Source of the DNA: Paraspadella gotoi
Taxonomy: Eukaryota > Animalia > Chaetognatha
Assembly (NCBI GenBank): GCA_051294375.1
Contig: CM119270.1
Location: 15,040,046-15,104,045 of the forward strand
Reading direction: 5' to 3'
Length of the DNA: 64,000 nucleotides
Shown here piece by piece: positions 40,280 through 53,653 of this stretch; the first letter of the stretch is position 1; the number at the start of each line of letters is the position of its first letter. The notes below the pieces were generated by a model. That model worked only from the letters and a program-made list of their open reading frames with translations. It was not told where the DNA came from and made no database searches. The position numbers were made by a program, and so were the translations under genes.

Positions 40280-41087
40280 TCGGGGAATAGTATATTGTAC
40301 TCCTTACTATCATCGAAATATACATATAAGAGCATTGTCAAAAGTCTGACATGAACCCATCATCCTGTCGTCAAAAGCCATAAGCGCTCTAAGTCCGGGT
40401 CCCTGCCGCGACCCCTTGGCCCCGTACGTCACGACGGGTCCGGGTCCCCGCCGGGTCCGGGTCCGGGTCCGGGTCCGGGTCCCCGCCGCGACCCCTTTGC
40501 CCCGTCACGACGCAATGACGAGTCGCTGATGTTCCTCTCCTGCTCGTAATTTAGGACTGACATCGAGAGTCGACGGCGAAGACGTAATTCGTTTGTCGTC
40601 GTCGTTGTTGTTATTGGTTATTGTTGTTGTTCTCGTTGCAGAGGCCAAGACGAAGAAAATTTTTTTTTTCGTTTTTATGAAACCTGAAAGAAACAAAGTT
40701 GGACGGAGGACATTGCACCGTTTGCGAGGTCCAATGGGCCTTGTTTTGGACGCCAAACAGATCGTCGTCGTCGTCGTCGTCGTCGTCGTTATCTCTTCCA
40801 ACACGCGATGAGCTAACATAAAAAAATTTCGTCGCAGAAAAATGGGGGAAAAAGTTGCGAAGAGCTTCGTTGGGTTGCAACTTGCAATCGAACGGAACCA
40901 AAAACAAATATTATTTGTCGCTCAAAATCGCGGATGTGATTTCTTTAAAAAAAAACACTGACAATCCAAGGAAAAAGCTGATGTGACTAATAGCGCTGAC
41001 AGCTAAAAAATAATGTCAAAGACGTTAAATTGAGACGAAAGACAAAAAAAAAAAAATAAAATACCGACTTCATGGTCTTTTTTTAAG

Positions 41088-41320
41088 ATATGAAATTGGT
41101 ACAACCAATATAAAAATTATCCATCCATTTAATAAATAAGCTATCTTGTCCCTGACTTTGGACAGGCTTTGGTGGTTTAAGGCCTCCATCACACTCTGCA
41201 AGCTTTTAATCAAGCCTCTCTCACAGACTTGTTTATTCACTCCCAGTGAAACTGGCTTCCCTATCAATGAAGTGGTATAATATTTCAAAGAATGTTTCAA
41301 TTATATGAAAAGACCACTCC
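41088..41320 (+). repeat. ~250-bp dispersed repeat, copy with internal deletion
   Basis: Similar ends to the 20621-20871 copy; lacks the internal TTACAAGATAATGACATAGCAGGTCCC block. Confidence 0.9.
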
Positions 41321-41914
41321 CTTAATGTTTTTTTTTCGTATTTACTTTCATAAAAAAATAAATATTTAAGTTATAAACAAAATATCATACAAAAGTGGCA
41401 ATGGCAACAATAACTATGAATGAAAATACAAACAGAAAAAACAACGAAAACGACGACGATGACGACGACGACGACGACCAAAACAAAAGCGGACGGGAAA
41501 ATTGGAAGACATGAATATTTCACGCTTCATTTCTGCCAAAAGCGTTTAATCTCTCGTTTGATCCACAACGAATATATAATAATAATAAAAAAAGAATCAA
41601 TGAATAAGCAATATAGGATAAAATGTGAACCGTTTTCGTATTGACGTTTTTATGAACGTTCATTTACATCGACTATTTAAATTTAAACGCGCGAGAAAAC
41701 AACTTTGATTAATTTTTTTTTGTCTTTAACTTTGAGCGGAGTTAAAATAGTCTGCTATTTTTCTCCCATCGGATTTTTTCGTCTTCGTCGTCCTCATCGT
41801 CACAGCCGTCAGTGTCACGGTCAGTGTCACGGTCATTGTGATCATCGTTATCGATAAAGTTGTCATTTTATACTCAATTTACTCATCCTGTTCGTCGTCG
41901 TCCTCTTCCCGCTT

Positions 41915-41951
<37 letters not shown>

Positions 41952-42967
41952 TAATTCTTGGCCGTTTTACGACATTTAAAGTCGAGAGCCTTTTAACCCC
42001 GAGCGCCGACCGCAAACGGCCAAACCATCTACCAAACATCTTTTCTCATCATTTTTCAAAACGAGAAGCGAATTTGCGATTGCAAATACATTGCGATCAT
42101 CGCCGCCATTTTTGCGAATATGCGAATGCTTCGAATATGTGCCGTCCGTTCGCTCCGGGACGCGATTGCTAATTTTTTAGGGATTTTCCGACCCGTTTAA
42201 ATAATAATCCGTAAATATCCGTACAATCCGTGCTATCATTATCATTATTATCCGTTATTATTATTTTACTAATTGTCCGTCTAATTAATAAATAGTCCTT
42301 TTTTTTTAATTTTCGGTTCCAATTCGAATCCAAATCGAACGATCGCGTGTTTGGGTCTTCCAATCAATTAGTCAACCAGCCAATCAGTCCGCCAATCAAA
42401 CGCGACCCAAGGTTGGGTCCGTGTCCTTTTGTCCTCCCTGGTCTTGAGTCGTTCGATCTTTGTCCCCCGCAGTCGGCAATCTTGGTAGAAAGACCCAAGG
42501 GCGACTCCAGCGGAGGGATTACATCTCTTACATCTAGATGGCGACGGCGAATACGACGACGAGAAAGACGATGACAAATACGACGTAGAACACGACGACG
42601 ACAAAGACGATGACAAATACGACGACGACAAAGACGACGACGATTACGACGACGACAAAGACGTCGGTGGCAATGCTAAACATTGCAACGTCTCCATGAG
42701 AATAGAAATGAGATCTACAACAACAACGACGAATATGAAGCTTAAAGTGAAGTCGTTGATTTGTCCGTGGTGAATGAAGCCGGTGGATCATTTCAGGGGT
42801 AAGGCGAATTTGCGGTGAGTTCGTTTAGGGGATGAGTTGGTGACGATCAATGTAGAATTCTTCCACCAAAAATAATGGGATAGGGTCTCCCCTTGGGAAT
42901 CAGCCGAGCAGCACTCTGTCACTCACTCTCTCTTCTCTCTATCTTTTTCTTTTCTCTCTCTCTCTCT

Positions 42968-43028
<61 letters not shown>

Positions 43029-43175
43029 TCTCTCTCTCCGCGCGATTCAAATTCTCGCAAATTGATTTGCATTTAAACGGATTTCAACTTTGATCTCTCT
43101 CCATTATATCCATCGCGTCAATGAATCCAAACCGGGAGCCTTTAACGATTTTCTCGGGTGGCCTTCAACGCTTTA

Positions 43176-43579
43176 GAGTCGCCATTTGCACACTCCTGTC
43201 CACTGTGGAAAGTGTTAACCGTCACACTGTATTAGCACTTTGAATGGCCATTTGCACACTCCTGTCTACTGTGGAAAGTATTAACCGTCACACTGTATTA
43301 GCACTATGAGTCGCCATTTGCACACTCCTGTCAACTGTGGAAAGTGTTAACCGTCACACTGTATTAGCACTTTGAGTCGTCATTTGCACACTCCTGTCTA
43401 CTGTGGAAAGTGTTAACCGTCACACTGAATTAGCAATTTGAGTCGCCATTTGTACACTCATGTTCACTGTGGAAAGTGTTAACCGTCACACTGTATCAGC
43501 ACTTTAGGTCGCCATTTGCACACTCCTGTCCACTGTGGAAAGTGTTAACCGTCACACTGTATTAGCAATATCAGTCGCC
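43176..43579. repeat. 66-bp minisatellite, 6 full units plus a partial unit
   Basis: Units start at 43176, 43242, 43308, 43374, 43440, 43506 and 43572; consensus GAGTCGCCATTTGCACACTCCTGTCCACTGTGGAAAGTGTTAACCGTCACACTGTATTAGCACTTT; stops in all six frames. Confidence 0.97.
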
Positions 43580-43649
43580 TTTAAACAAGGTAAAATGTCA
43601 TTGATAAAATGCGCAACATTTTTTTTAACTGTTATGAAATACAAGCAAT

Positions 43650-43780
43650 ATAAATTTATCCATTAATTCAATTTTAAAATAAGTTATCTCTCCCCTGACT
43701 TCGGACAAGCCATGGTGGGTTACGCTTTTTCTCTTTCTTACAAAATAATAACATAGCAGGACCCTGCAAACTTTTAATCA
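43650..43780 (+). repeat. Dispersed repeat, diverged partial copy
   Basis: CCCCTGACTTCGGACAAGCCATGGTGGG...CATAGCAGGACCCTGCAAACTTTTAATCA. Confidence 0.75.
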
Positions 43781-44884
43781 TTAGATATGCTTTAAACACC
43801 TTGTGGTTCCTTCAGCTTGACACACAGGCGCCAAGTAGGTTCCCTTGAGTCAACTTTCCATCCCTCACCCTCTCACTCGAAGTGAATATAGAACTCTCTC
43901 TCTCCCTCTCTCTCACTGAATAAGGTCGTCCCCCAACGCCAAATCTCACAACGCCCGTCTCCCCATCGGCCCATCCCTCGCCCTGTCCCAATGGACTTTC
44001 ATCGGCCCCACTTTTCTCTGAAGGCCAATTCTCAGTGAAAAACAGAAACCGGATTCTCAGTGGATCTCAAACCTCCTCTATTCTCTTTTCTACTCCTCTA
44101 TCTTTCTTCTCTATCTCTTCTCTTTTACTTTTCTTTCACTTTTCTTTTCTTTAAAGATGGATTTAATACCTCCTCTATTCTCTTTTCTACTCCTCTATCT
44201 TTCTTCTCTATCTCTTCTCTTTAACTTTCCTTTAACTTTTCTTTTCTGTTTTTTGACTTTTCATCTCTCCAGATTATCTCCTTTAAACAAAACAATCATC
44301 CAATCATCGTTTAAAACTAGTTTTTCACTTGGTTATCTTTCCTCTTCCTCTTTCTCCCTCCTCATCCTCCTCTTTATCCCAACTATCCCACTTCTCCCCC
44401 CCCCTCTTCTCCTCTGGGAATAAGGCGTCATTTTCCTCGTCTTTTGTTTCTCTCGTGGATGAGATGACAACTCATGATTTTATTCAAATTTCCCCGCGCC
44501 TCGCGACCCGCTTTTCTTGTCAGTCACCATTCTGAAAGAAAAAAAAGTTTATTCTTTTTTTTTATTTCCAGGCCAACTCGTTCTGTTTTGTTTTGTTTTT
44601 AAGAAAACAGTCAAAAAGTGTTTTGATTCCCAGTCGCTCTATACGAATGATGTTTCGCGAAAAAAATCGATTCATCGCTGGGTTTTTTCGCTTTTAGCGA
44701 AACTCGATCCAAAGGATTTTTTTTTTTTGGTTTCGGATTTAAAACCTAAAATTATTCTCTCGTTAATAATCATTGGATCGTGAGTAGTTGACCTTCAACT
44801 CGTATTTTCTTCGAAACGTTTCACGACTTTCACCTCATTCATAATCTCATTCACCGACGCAAGAAACAAATCATCGAGTGAGTG

Positions 44885-45260
44885 ATTCATTTCATCCACA
44901 TGATTCGATCATCTCATCTAATGATTCGATCATCATCTCAACTAATGGCTGAACCATCATCTCATCTAATGATTCGATCATCTCATCCAATGACTCTATC
45001 ATCATCTCATCTAATGATTCGATGTTATCATTCAATCACTCTACCTTGATCTCATCCAATTACTGAACCATCATCTAATCTAATGACTCAATCGTTATCT
45101 CATGTAATGATTTGATAATCTTATCCACCGATTTTACCATCATCTTATCCAATGACTCAATCATTTCATCTAATGATTCGATGTTCTCATCCAATCACTA
45201 TCATTATCTCATCCAATCACTCAACCATGATCTCATCAAATGACTCTACATCATCTATCA
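44885..45260. repeat. Degenerate ~20-23-bp tandem repeat (ATCATCTCATCYAATGAYTCR)
   Basis: Recurring ATCTCATC(T/C)AATGA(T/C)TC motif throughout. Confidence 0.85.
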
Positions 45261-45745
45261 AGATTCTCTTTCATCTCAGTCTTTAAACTTCTTCCGCTTT
45301 TAACTTCATCTTTTTAAAAAAAAAAAAATTTGGTTCATATAATCTTTGCTTTAATTCCAAAGCTTTTTATTCTTCATATTTGAAATAATTTTTAAAAACC
45401 GCGAAAAGATTTAGTTGTTTTCTTTTGTCCCTCAATTCATGTGCTCAACGGTTGTTCACGTTTTTTCTTCGCATCCCAAGATTTTTTCCTCTTTCATTCT
45501 TCCTTTATTTTCCTTTACTCTTCCCTTTTCATTCTTCTCCTCTTCCTTTCTCCTCCTTTCTTCCTTTCTTCCCTTTTCTACTCGATTCGCGAAGTAGAAT
45601 TCAATTCTCACCGCCAGAAAATTCACTAAGAATCGGAACAATTTTTTTTTCTCTCTCTCTCCGTGGATGCATGGATTTTTTTTTCTTTGAATATTATTCA
45701 TTCTCTCTCTCTTCATCTCGCGAAGTCATCTCTCTCTCTCCTCTC

Positions 45746-45815
<70 letters not shown>

Positions 45816-46010
45816 ACTCACTTCGGGGTCGTTCGTTTCAATTTGGAGAATTTCTTAATGATTTTTAATAATTTTAATCGAATTTCTTTTGCGCCGAGTC
45901 CTTTCTTTTCTTTCTTTCTTTCTTTCTTCTCCTTTTATGCGCATAATTTTCGCTCCATAATTTTCTCGGTCCTTAACTACCTCCGGTAGAAGTCGCTTTT
46001 GAATGTGGGG

Positions 46011-46049
<39 letters not shown>

Positions 46050-46390
46050 ATTTAAAATGGATGTAATGAAAATAGCGTCAATTCAAATTCCTCGAATTAA
46101 AAAGTTTCGACGGAATTGAATGAGAAAAATTACTTTTTGACTTCGAGGCAATGTTTTAATGGGCTGTACTCTGAAGGCCTTACACGGTGGAGAAATTTGA
46201 ATATATAAATACAATTTGTTGTAATTGTATATTTACTTTGTCTGTAAAAAAACCGCGCGAGTTTTTTTAAAAGATAGAATGAAAAAAATTATAATAAAAT
46301 ACAGAATGAATGTAACCGCCTATTTCAAATTAACTTAGACAAAAAGCAGCGGCAGCTTTGGCTTCGTTCAAGTTTTGATATACTGAGACT

Positions 46391-46433
<43 letters not shown>

Positions 46434-47055
46434 AGAATACCACGACGACGACGACGACTGCGGCGGCACCGAAAACAACATCAAGTCGAAGAATCTGTTT
46501 TGACTTGAAGTCAATAAAATCAAACCGACTTTGACGGCCCTAATTACGATAACAACAACTACAAATACAACAACAACAACCACAACGATTTTGTTTTCTT
46601 TTCAAAAAATATAAACAAAAAAAAAAAATCGGGCTTTAAATTATTTACACGTGCGGTCCTTCATAATCTAATTTAATTCGTATTTAGTACAATTCTCTTC
46701 AAGCGGAAAAAAAATATATCTTTTTCAACCAACCTTTTTACCAAATTGTAAGAAATTTTTTGGGGTTTTTTTAAGACGTGTCACCCATTCGATCATCCAC
46801 CAAAGATAAAAATCATCCTCAACATTTCCATCTCGAAAATGACACCAGCGTTTTTCGCCCTAGAAAGATTTTGTCACGTGATCAACGCCACAGATTTTGT
46901 CACGTGATCAACGCCAAAGGAAAATGATGAATTTTTTTTCATCTTCCATCTTTTGCGTCGCAGCAGCTGAACCAAGAGGCTGAGAGGCTGAGAGGCGATC
47001 GGTTCAAATCTTCTTCCAGACGAGACTGGATTTCATTTCAGGGTATCTGGTTGTT

Positions 47056-47470
<415 letters not shown>

Positions 47471-48287
47471 TTTATGTGAATCTTTCACTCTTCCATACTC
47501 AATAGTCTAACTAGATCTAACACGAAAAGTGCACCGAACTCCATAAATGCCATAAATGATTCACCGTTCGCTAACTTGAATCGTTCATCATTCGGAAGAT
47601 AAAAAATCGTTGGTCATTCACGAGCCGGAATCGTTCGTCAATGTGAAGCAGATTGGATTAGAATCGATTTGATAAATCGTCCACCGGAAAGTCGCCATCG
47701 GCCTGAGATAAAGCCTCGCTTCGGGATGAGAGATGAGAGAAAAGGAGTGATGAGAGATGATGAGACGGAGACGAGAGACGATGATCGAAATCTGTGAGAG
47801 ACGAGATGATGGAGTGAGATTGAGGTGAGCGGTAGAGAGATGAAGAGATGAGAGGAGATTTGTGATGAAGATCTGAGATGAGAGTAGAGAATTTGAGGAG
47901 AGCTAGAAATGGATTAGAATAAGAAAAGAAAAAAATATAAAATTATTAAAGCAGAGGAAATGAAATACCAAAATTGTATTACGGAGCGAAATGACATTAT
48001 AATAAAAGATAAGAAAAAAGAAATAAAAAGAAAGAAAGATAATGAAAGAAAGAAGAGAAAGAAAGAAGGAAAGATTATAGGAAGATCAACCGAGAGAAAG
48101 AAAGAAAGAAAGAAAAAAAAGAAAGAAAAAAAAGAAAGAAAGAAAGAAAAAAGGAAAAAGAAGGAAAGATACGAAGAAGGAAAGAAATAAAAAAAGAAAT
48201 AAAGAAAGAAAGAAAGAAAGAAAGAAAAGGTGAAAAAACAAAAAGAAGAAAGAGAAAGAAGGAAAGAAAGAAAGAAAGAAAGAATGA

Positions 48288-48347
<60 letters not shown>

Positions 48348-48501
48348 AAAGGTGAAAAAAGAAAAAGAAGAAAAAGAAAGAAGGAAAGAAAGAAAGTGGT
48401 GGAAACAAAGAGATAGCGATAATAGAATCTGCCTTCATTTAAAAATTACAAGGGCCTGGTAAAGTAAGAACCCAGAAGTAAAAGAATATTGAGAGGGCGG
48501 C

Positions 48502-48542
<41 letters not shown>

Positions 48543-49671
48543 GAGTGAGAGTGAGAACGCGCTGAATGATAAAATAAAATCATTTTCCAGGGGCTAACGA
48601 TCATGATTTAATTTTTTATTTAATTTTAATTAATTCTCTCGTTTGAAAGTAAAACGGAAATACCACACGGAGCGAATCGCCCTCTCGATTTCCAGTCCGG
48701 CTCGATTTTCACTTCGAGTCAGCTTAAATGAAAGTTAATATTCTTTTTACTCATAAACAAATCGAAACTTGTGTTATATGAAAAGAATTCATAATAATGT
48801 ATAAATGTAAAAAATTAAATATAACGGCGACGACGACAACGACGACGACGATGGTTGTGAGAAAGGTTTTGAAATCTGACGTTTCTCATACGAAAACAGT
48901 TGATGGTTTTATGAGGTTTTCAAAAATCTTATTTTTTATGGGTTTTTCATGACCAACAACGACCCTGGTTGTTTTTTTTTCGAACCGAGGCAACATGCGA
49001 AAAGAATTAAAAAGAAAGAATAAAGAAAACATAAAAGAAGAAAAAAAACTTAACGAGATCGAATTTTTTTTTTTTTTCGCTGGAAAAGATTAATTTCTCA
49101 CACAATAATATTCATCCATCCTTCCATGCAATCATCCCTTCATTCACCCACTCGGCTTTCACTCGATTCAACTTGTGATCAAAACCATCCCAACGAATCA
49201 CGCGTCAGAATGTGAATCTTCTCCGTTCACCTTTTCTCACATTTGGCGGATCAGACTAAAAGGAATGGGATATTTTATCTTTCATATTTTTTTCTCCCAA
49301 ATATTCTTTTTTACCGCTTAATTTTTAGTTGTGGTTTCGTCAAAAAATTTAGTGAGGAAAACTCTTTTCGCTTTTAAAATATTGTGAACTCTAACAACTC
49401 TTACAACGCCGAAAAATCCCTTTTGAAAAATAATTTTAGATTTTCCCTTAAAGGGTAGAACAGATTTAATCATCAGCGTTTTTTGCAAGGCTCCCAGTTC
49501 GCAGGGCTGCTACTGGCTCTCTCTATCTCTCTCTCTCCTTCTCCGGGTGACTCCGTCTCTCTCTGGGTGATTTATGCATTCATATCTTTGCAATTCTTCT
49601 GTGCTGACGTCAGATTCTCCAATCGTCTCTCCTCTTTTCCACATATGGGAATTTTTTATTTTGTCTAACCC

Positions 49672-49724
<53 letters not shown>

Positions 49725-49745
49725 TCTCTCTCTCTCTCTCTCTCT

Positions 49746-49779
<34 letters not shown>

Positions 49780-49799
49780 TCTACCTGTTGAACGGAGGA

Positions 49800-51516
49800 A
49801 AAATATAATCCAAAGTGGCAGTAAGAGAGAAAGAAAGATAAAAGGAAAGGAGAAAAAAAAAGAATAAAAGACAGAAAGAAAGAGAGAAAGAGAGAAAGAA
49901 ATAAAGTCTAAGACGGACAGACAGACAGCGGAAAACGTCGAGACGTCCGGAACCAAAAAGATTTGTTTAATGGCGGAGGCAGATGCGGTGGCGGCAGCAG
50001 CGGCGGCGGCGGTGGCGGCGGTGGCGGTGGCGGCGGCGGCGGAGGCGACGGCGGAGGCGGCGGCGTCCATCCTTTGGGGTAATGAGAATCCCAATGTCGG
50101 CAGAAGGCAGGGGGTTGGAGAGCGGCAGTTGATGTTGAAGATGGCATTTAATGTTGATGTTGTAGTTGGAGAGTATATGTAGGAAATGGTTGAGCTGGAT
50201 GCCTCTTTCTGTCTTTGCATTTCTTATATACAAAGAAGGTGAGATAAAAATAATAATATTAAATCTGAGGCTAAAATTTATTCATTCAAATGTCGGCATA
50301 TAGAGGTGCCGTTTATTTCTAGCAACTGATGCCATTCGCTCGCATTATTTGCCAGTTGCCACCCGTGCCACATTAAATCTTCCTCGTTGGAATGGGCGGG
50401 TCTTGATTCCCCTTTCGTCATTCCCCGTCTAATTGGCGACATAAAAAATCGCTCAAAGACGACGAAAGCCAATTTCCCAAAAACACAAAGACTTTTTTTG
50501 GGGGGGGGGCGAAAGATGCGTCGGCTGAAAGCTTTGATTTGGTCGGTCGGTCCTTGGTGTCAAAAAAGAAACTTGTCAGTTTGAGTTGATTGTCTTGATT
50601 CGTATTGCGTAGAGTTGACGACGTTATAAGGTTAATAGATTATTATGCGTAAAATATATTGTTTAAGACGATAAGTATATAATAAACTTTCCTTTTTTTT
50701 TAACTTAGCGTATAACAACTATAACGTATTTATTTATGGCCGCTTAATATAAATTGTTGTGTATCATTGTGAGTGAACGAGTTATTATTTGTGGAACCGT
50801 CAGTAGATGTTAAAACGTCAGAAAAAGGAAATGTCCGGACGCTACAAAGTGATTGGTTCACGGCTTCGCGCCGATTTAATTCAAAAACATTTGTTTTATA
50901 GCTTTGTTTTTGGGAATCTTCAAACTAGTCATCGGATTCCCCAAACAACTGTTTGTTGACTAAAAATTAAACTATAACAATGATATAATATCCTTTAATA
51001 ATCCTAATTGAATTGATTATCGACATTAGGTGTTCACCAGGAAAGATTTTGAAGGAGCAGTCGTCATTAACGAGATTTTAGCAAAAAAAGGCAGCAGTGA
51101 CAAAATGAATGACTTTTCGGTTACCCTTTCTGTTCTTTTTAAACTTAGTCCACCTCATAATCAGAAGAAAGTTTGAGTTATAAAGATACGAAAGTATATA
51201 ACAATCCCGAGACCCTAAATTTCTAGACGTCAGCGTTTGAAAAAATTTAGGCAGTTACCGTTGTTACTCAAAACGCTGTATGTAAATTGATCAATTTGAA
51301 GTAAAATCATTAAATATATTTTTGAGAAAGCGTGTGAGTTGCTGAAACATTTTTGACCGATCTTTTGAGTAATTTGTCGTTGAAAAATGAACTGTCGCAA
51401 TTGCAACAAATCTTGTGCTCTTTTTGTACAATTCCAGGTTTTCCATCTCGGTTTTGAGTTGGATCCGTTTTTAAGGAGAAAGAGAGAGCGAGAGAGAGAG
51501 AGAGAGAGAGAAGAGA

Positions 51517-51577
<61 letters not shown>

Positions 51578-53222
51578 ATGTTATTTGTCATCGTTTGTCG
51601 GAAATTCCGTTCGCCGATAGGAGTAAAAAAAAAATTTTCTCCCTCGAGGCCAAAAATAATTTCGTTATCTCTTCTTTTTTTTCCGCACGTTTGCAGTTTT
51701 ACGATGATCCGAAAAATCATTTAAATAAAATTAGAATTTGTACTGGGATACAAAAGGTATAGACGAGCCCTCTCCCATTTCAAGCTGTTTATTAACGGAT
51801 CCAAGGAATCGAGGCCGCCGCCTCCGCTGCCGCCGCCTCCGCTGCCGCTGCGCTTTTCGCTTTTAAACCATCTAGAACAGAAGAAAAAAACATATCGTTG
51901 TTTCAGACTGTTAACCTTACATACGTTACCAAGTTTGACTTTCTAAAATCGTATTTTTAAGCCCTTTAACCTGACCGGTTTTTAATCAACTCCTCGTTTC
52001 TGCTCCTTTCTCTTTTCCTTTTTTAACTTTACCATTATTTTTATTTCCCTTCGTTCCCTTAATTCCTTTCTCTTCTTCCTTTCTTTCCTTTCCTTTCCTT
52101 TCCTTTCCTTTCCTTTCTTTCCTTTCTATCCTTTCTTTCCTTCCTTTCTCCTTTCCTTTCCTTTCCTTTCCTTTCCTTTCCTTTCCTTTCCTTTCTTTTA
52201 TTTATTTTCCTTCGCTACGTTTCCTTTTTTTTCTCTCATCACTAAATGTTTTTCTTCGAACTTTCTATTTTTATCTTCCATTTTCAGATCCTTCATTATT
52301 CTATTTTTGATTTCTCCTCTTACAGATTCCCTTTCACACAATCTATAAAATCTCCTTTTTATCGAAGCCTTGACCGGCGAAGCGGGTCAGGCTCTATTAA
52401 TGTTTTAGGGTTGCTTCTTTGTTGACGTCGTCGTCGTCGTCGTCGTGGTCACGCTGTTTTCATATATAAAAACTACTACGCTTTTATAGGTTTGGCTGTG
52501 ACTTACCGTTTTTTTTTAAAATAAAAAATTATTATGAATTATGATAAAGTTTTACAAAGTGTGCGATCATAGTAAGTTAAAAATTTAGATATGGCTTTTC
52601 ATCTTGAAATAGCTGTTGATATTTTCATTATTACATTTTGATTTAAGTATTTTTTGTTTGAATTTCCACTTCATTATGATTTACTTGCAATATTGCAAAT
52701 GAGATTATAGTACTCATTAATAATATCCAAATTAGTATTATAGAAATGCTTTAAGCTAATTTACATTCATTGCCAGTATATAATATTGGGAAAAGATGAA
52801 ATTCAAAAAAAATTTTTTTTAAATTTCTAATAAAAAATGGGAACTCAAAGGATTTTTTTAATGAGAAGCTATATCTTAATTTTAATACAAATAAAAATAA
52901 AATCTTTTACAAGCTGCGATGGAAAAAAATTGGAAAAGTTTCCAATTGTAAACCATTGTAAACATTTTTTGCCTTTCTTTTATTTATTTTTTAATTATAT
53001 ATATATTTTTAGGGCTCCTATTTCTGAATCGTTTAAAAAACGAGTTCAGTTTCTCTCTGTCTCTCTTTGTGTGCGATCTCTTGCGTGATCGTTCGTTTTT
53101 TGAAAAATTTGATTATTTTTTCTTTTCTAAAAACATATATATTTGATCAGGCGCTGCCTTTTCTGAATCGTTTTATAAAAAACGAGTTCAGGCTCTCTCT
53201 CTTCTCTCTCCTCCTCCTCGTC

Positions 53223-53263
<41 letters not shown>

Positions 53264-53616
53264 TTTTTTTTTTTTTACAAAAAGAAATTATTCACTTTGT
53301 TTTACCACCGTTTTTGAAAAATTCTTATTATTTCTTTCCTTCTAAAAACTTTTATTATCGCCATTTATTCCGCGCTTCTTTTCTCAATACAAAAATCCCG
53401 ACAATTTACATTTGAGAATTTTCGTGGATTTTTTGAGAAAATGTGAAGAATAACTAACTTCACACATGGATTTCGTGCGCCGTTGCGCGGAACGAGTAAA
53501 CAATGTCGAGGAAACATGACCTAATAACGCGTTACGTGTATAAAAAAAATCAACTTGACCGGATCACGCCGATATAAACAGAGTGACCTATATTGCGTAT
53601 CGTTGCGAGAAAACTT

Positions 53617-53653
<37 letters not shown>

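Noticed and set aside
43176-43579. 66-bp array as a CRISPR array or coding repeat
   Set aside because: Units are contiguous with no unique spacers, there are no cas genes, the context is eukaryotic, and all six frames contain stops.
46960-47015. GGTTCAAATC B-box-like motif suggesting a tRNA or SINE
   Set aside because: No A box, cloverleaf, tail or second copy.
49510-50220. 236-aa minus-strand ORF with poly-Ala
   Set aside because: Built from (GCC)n and (GA)n tracts; the frame is not kept in the duplicate at ~59385-59700; no recognisable domain.
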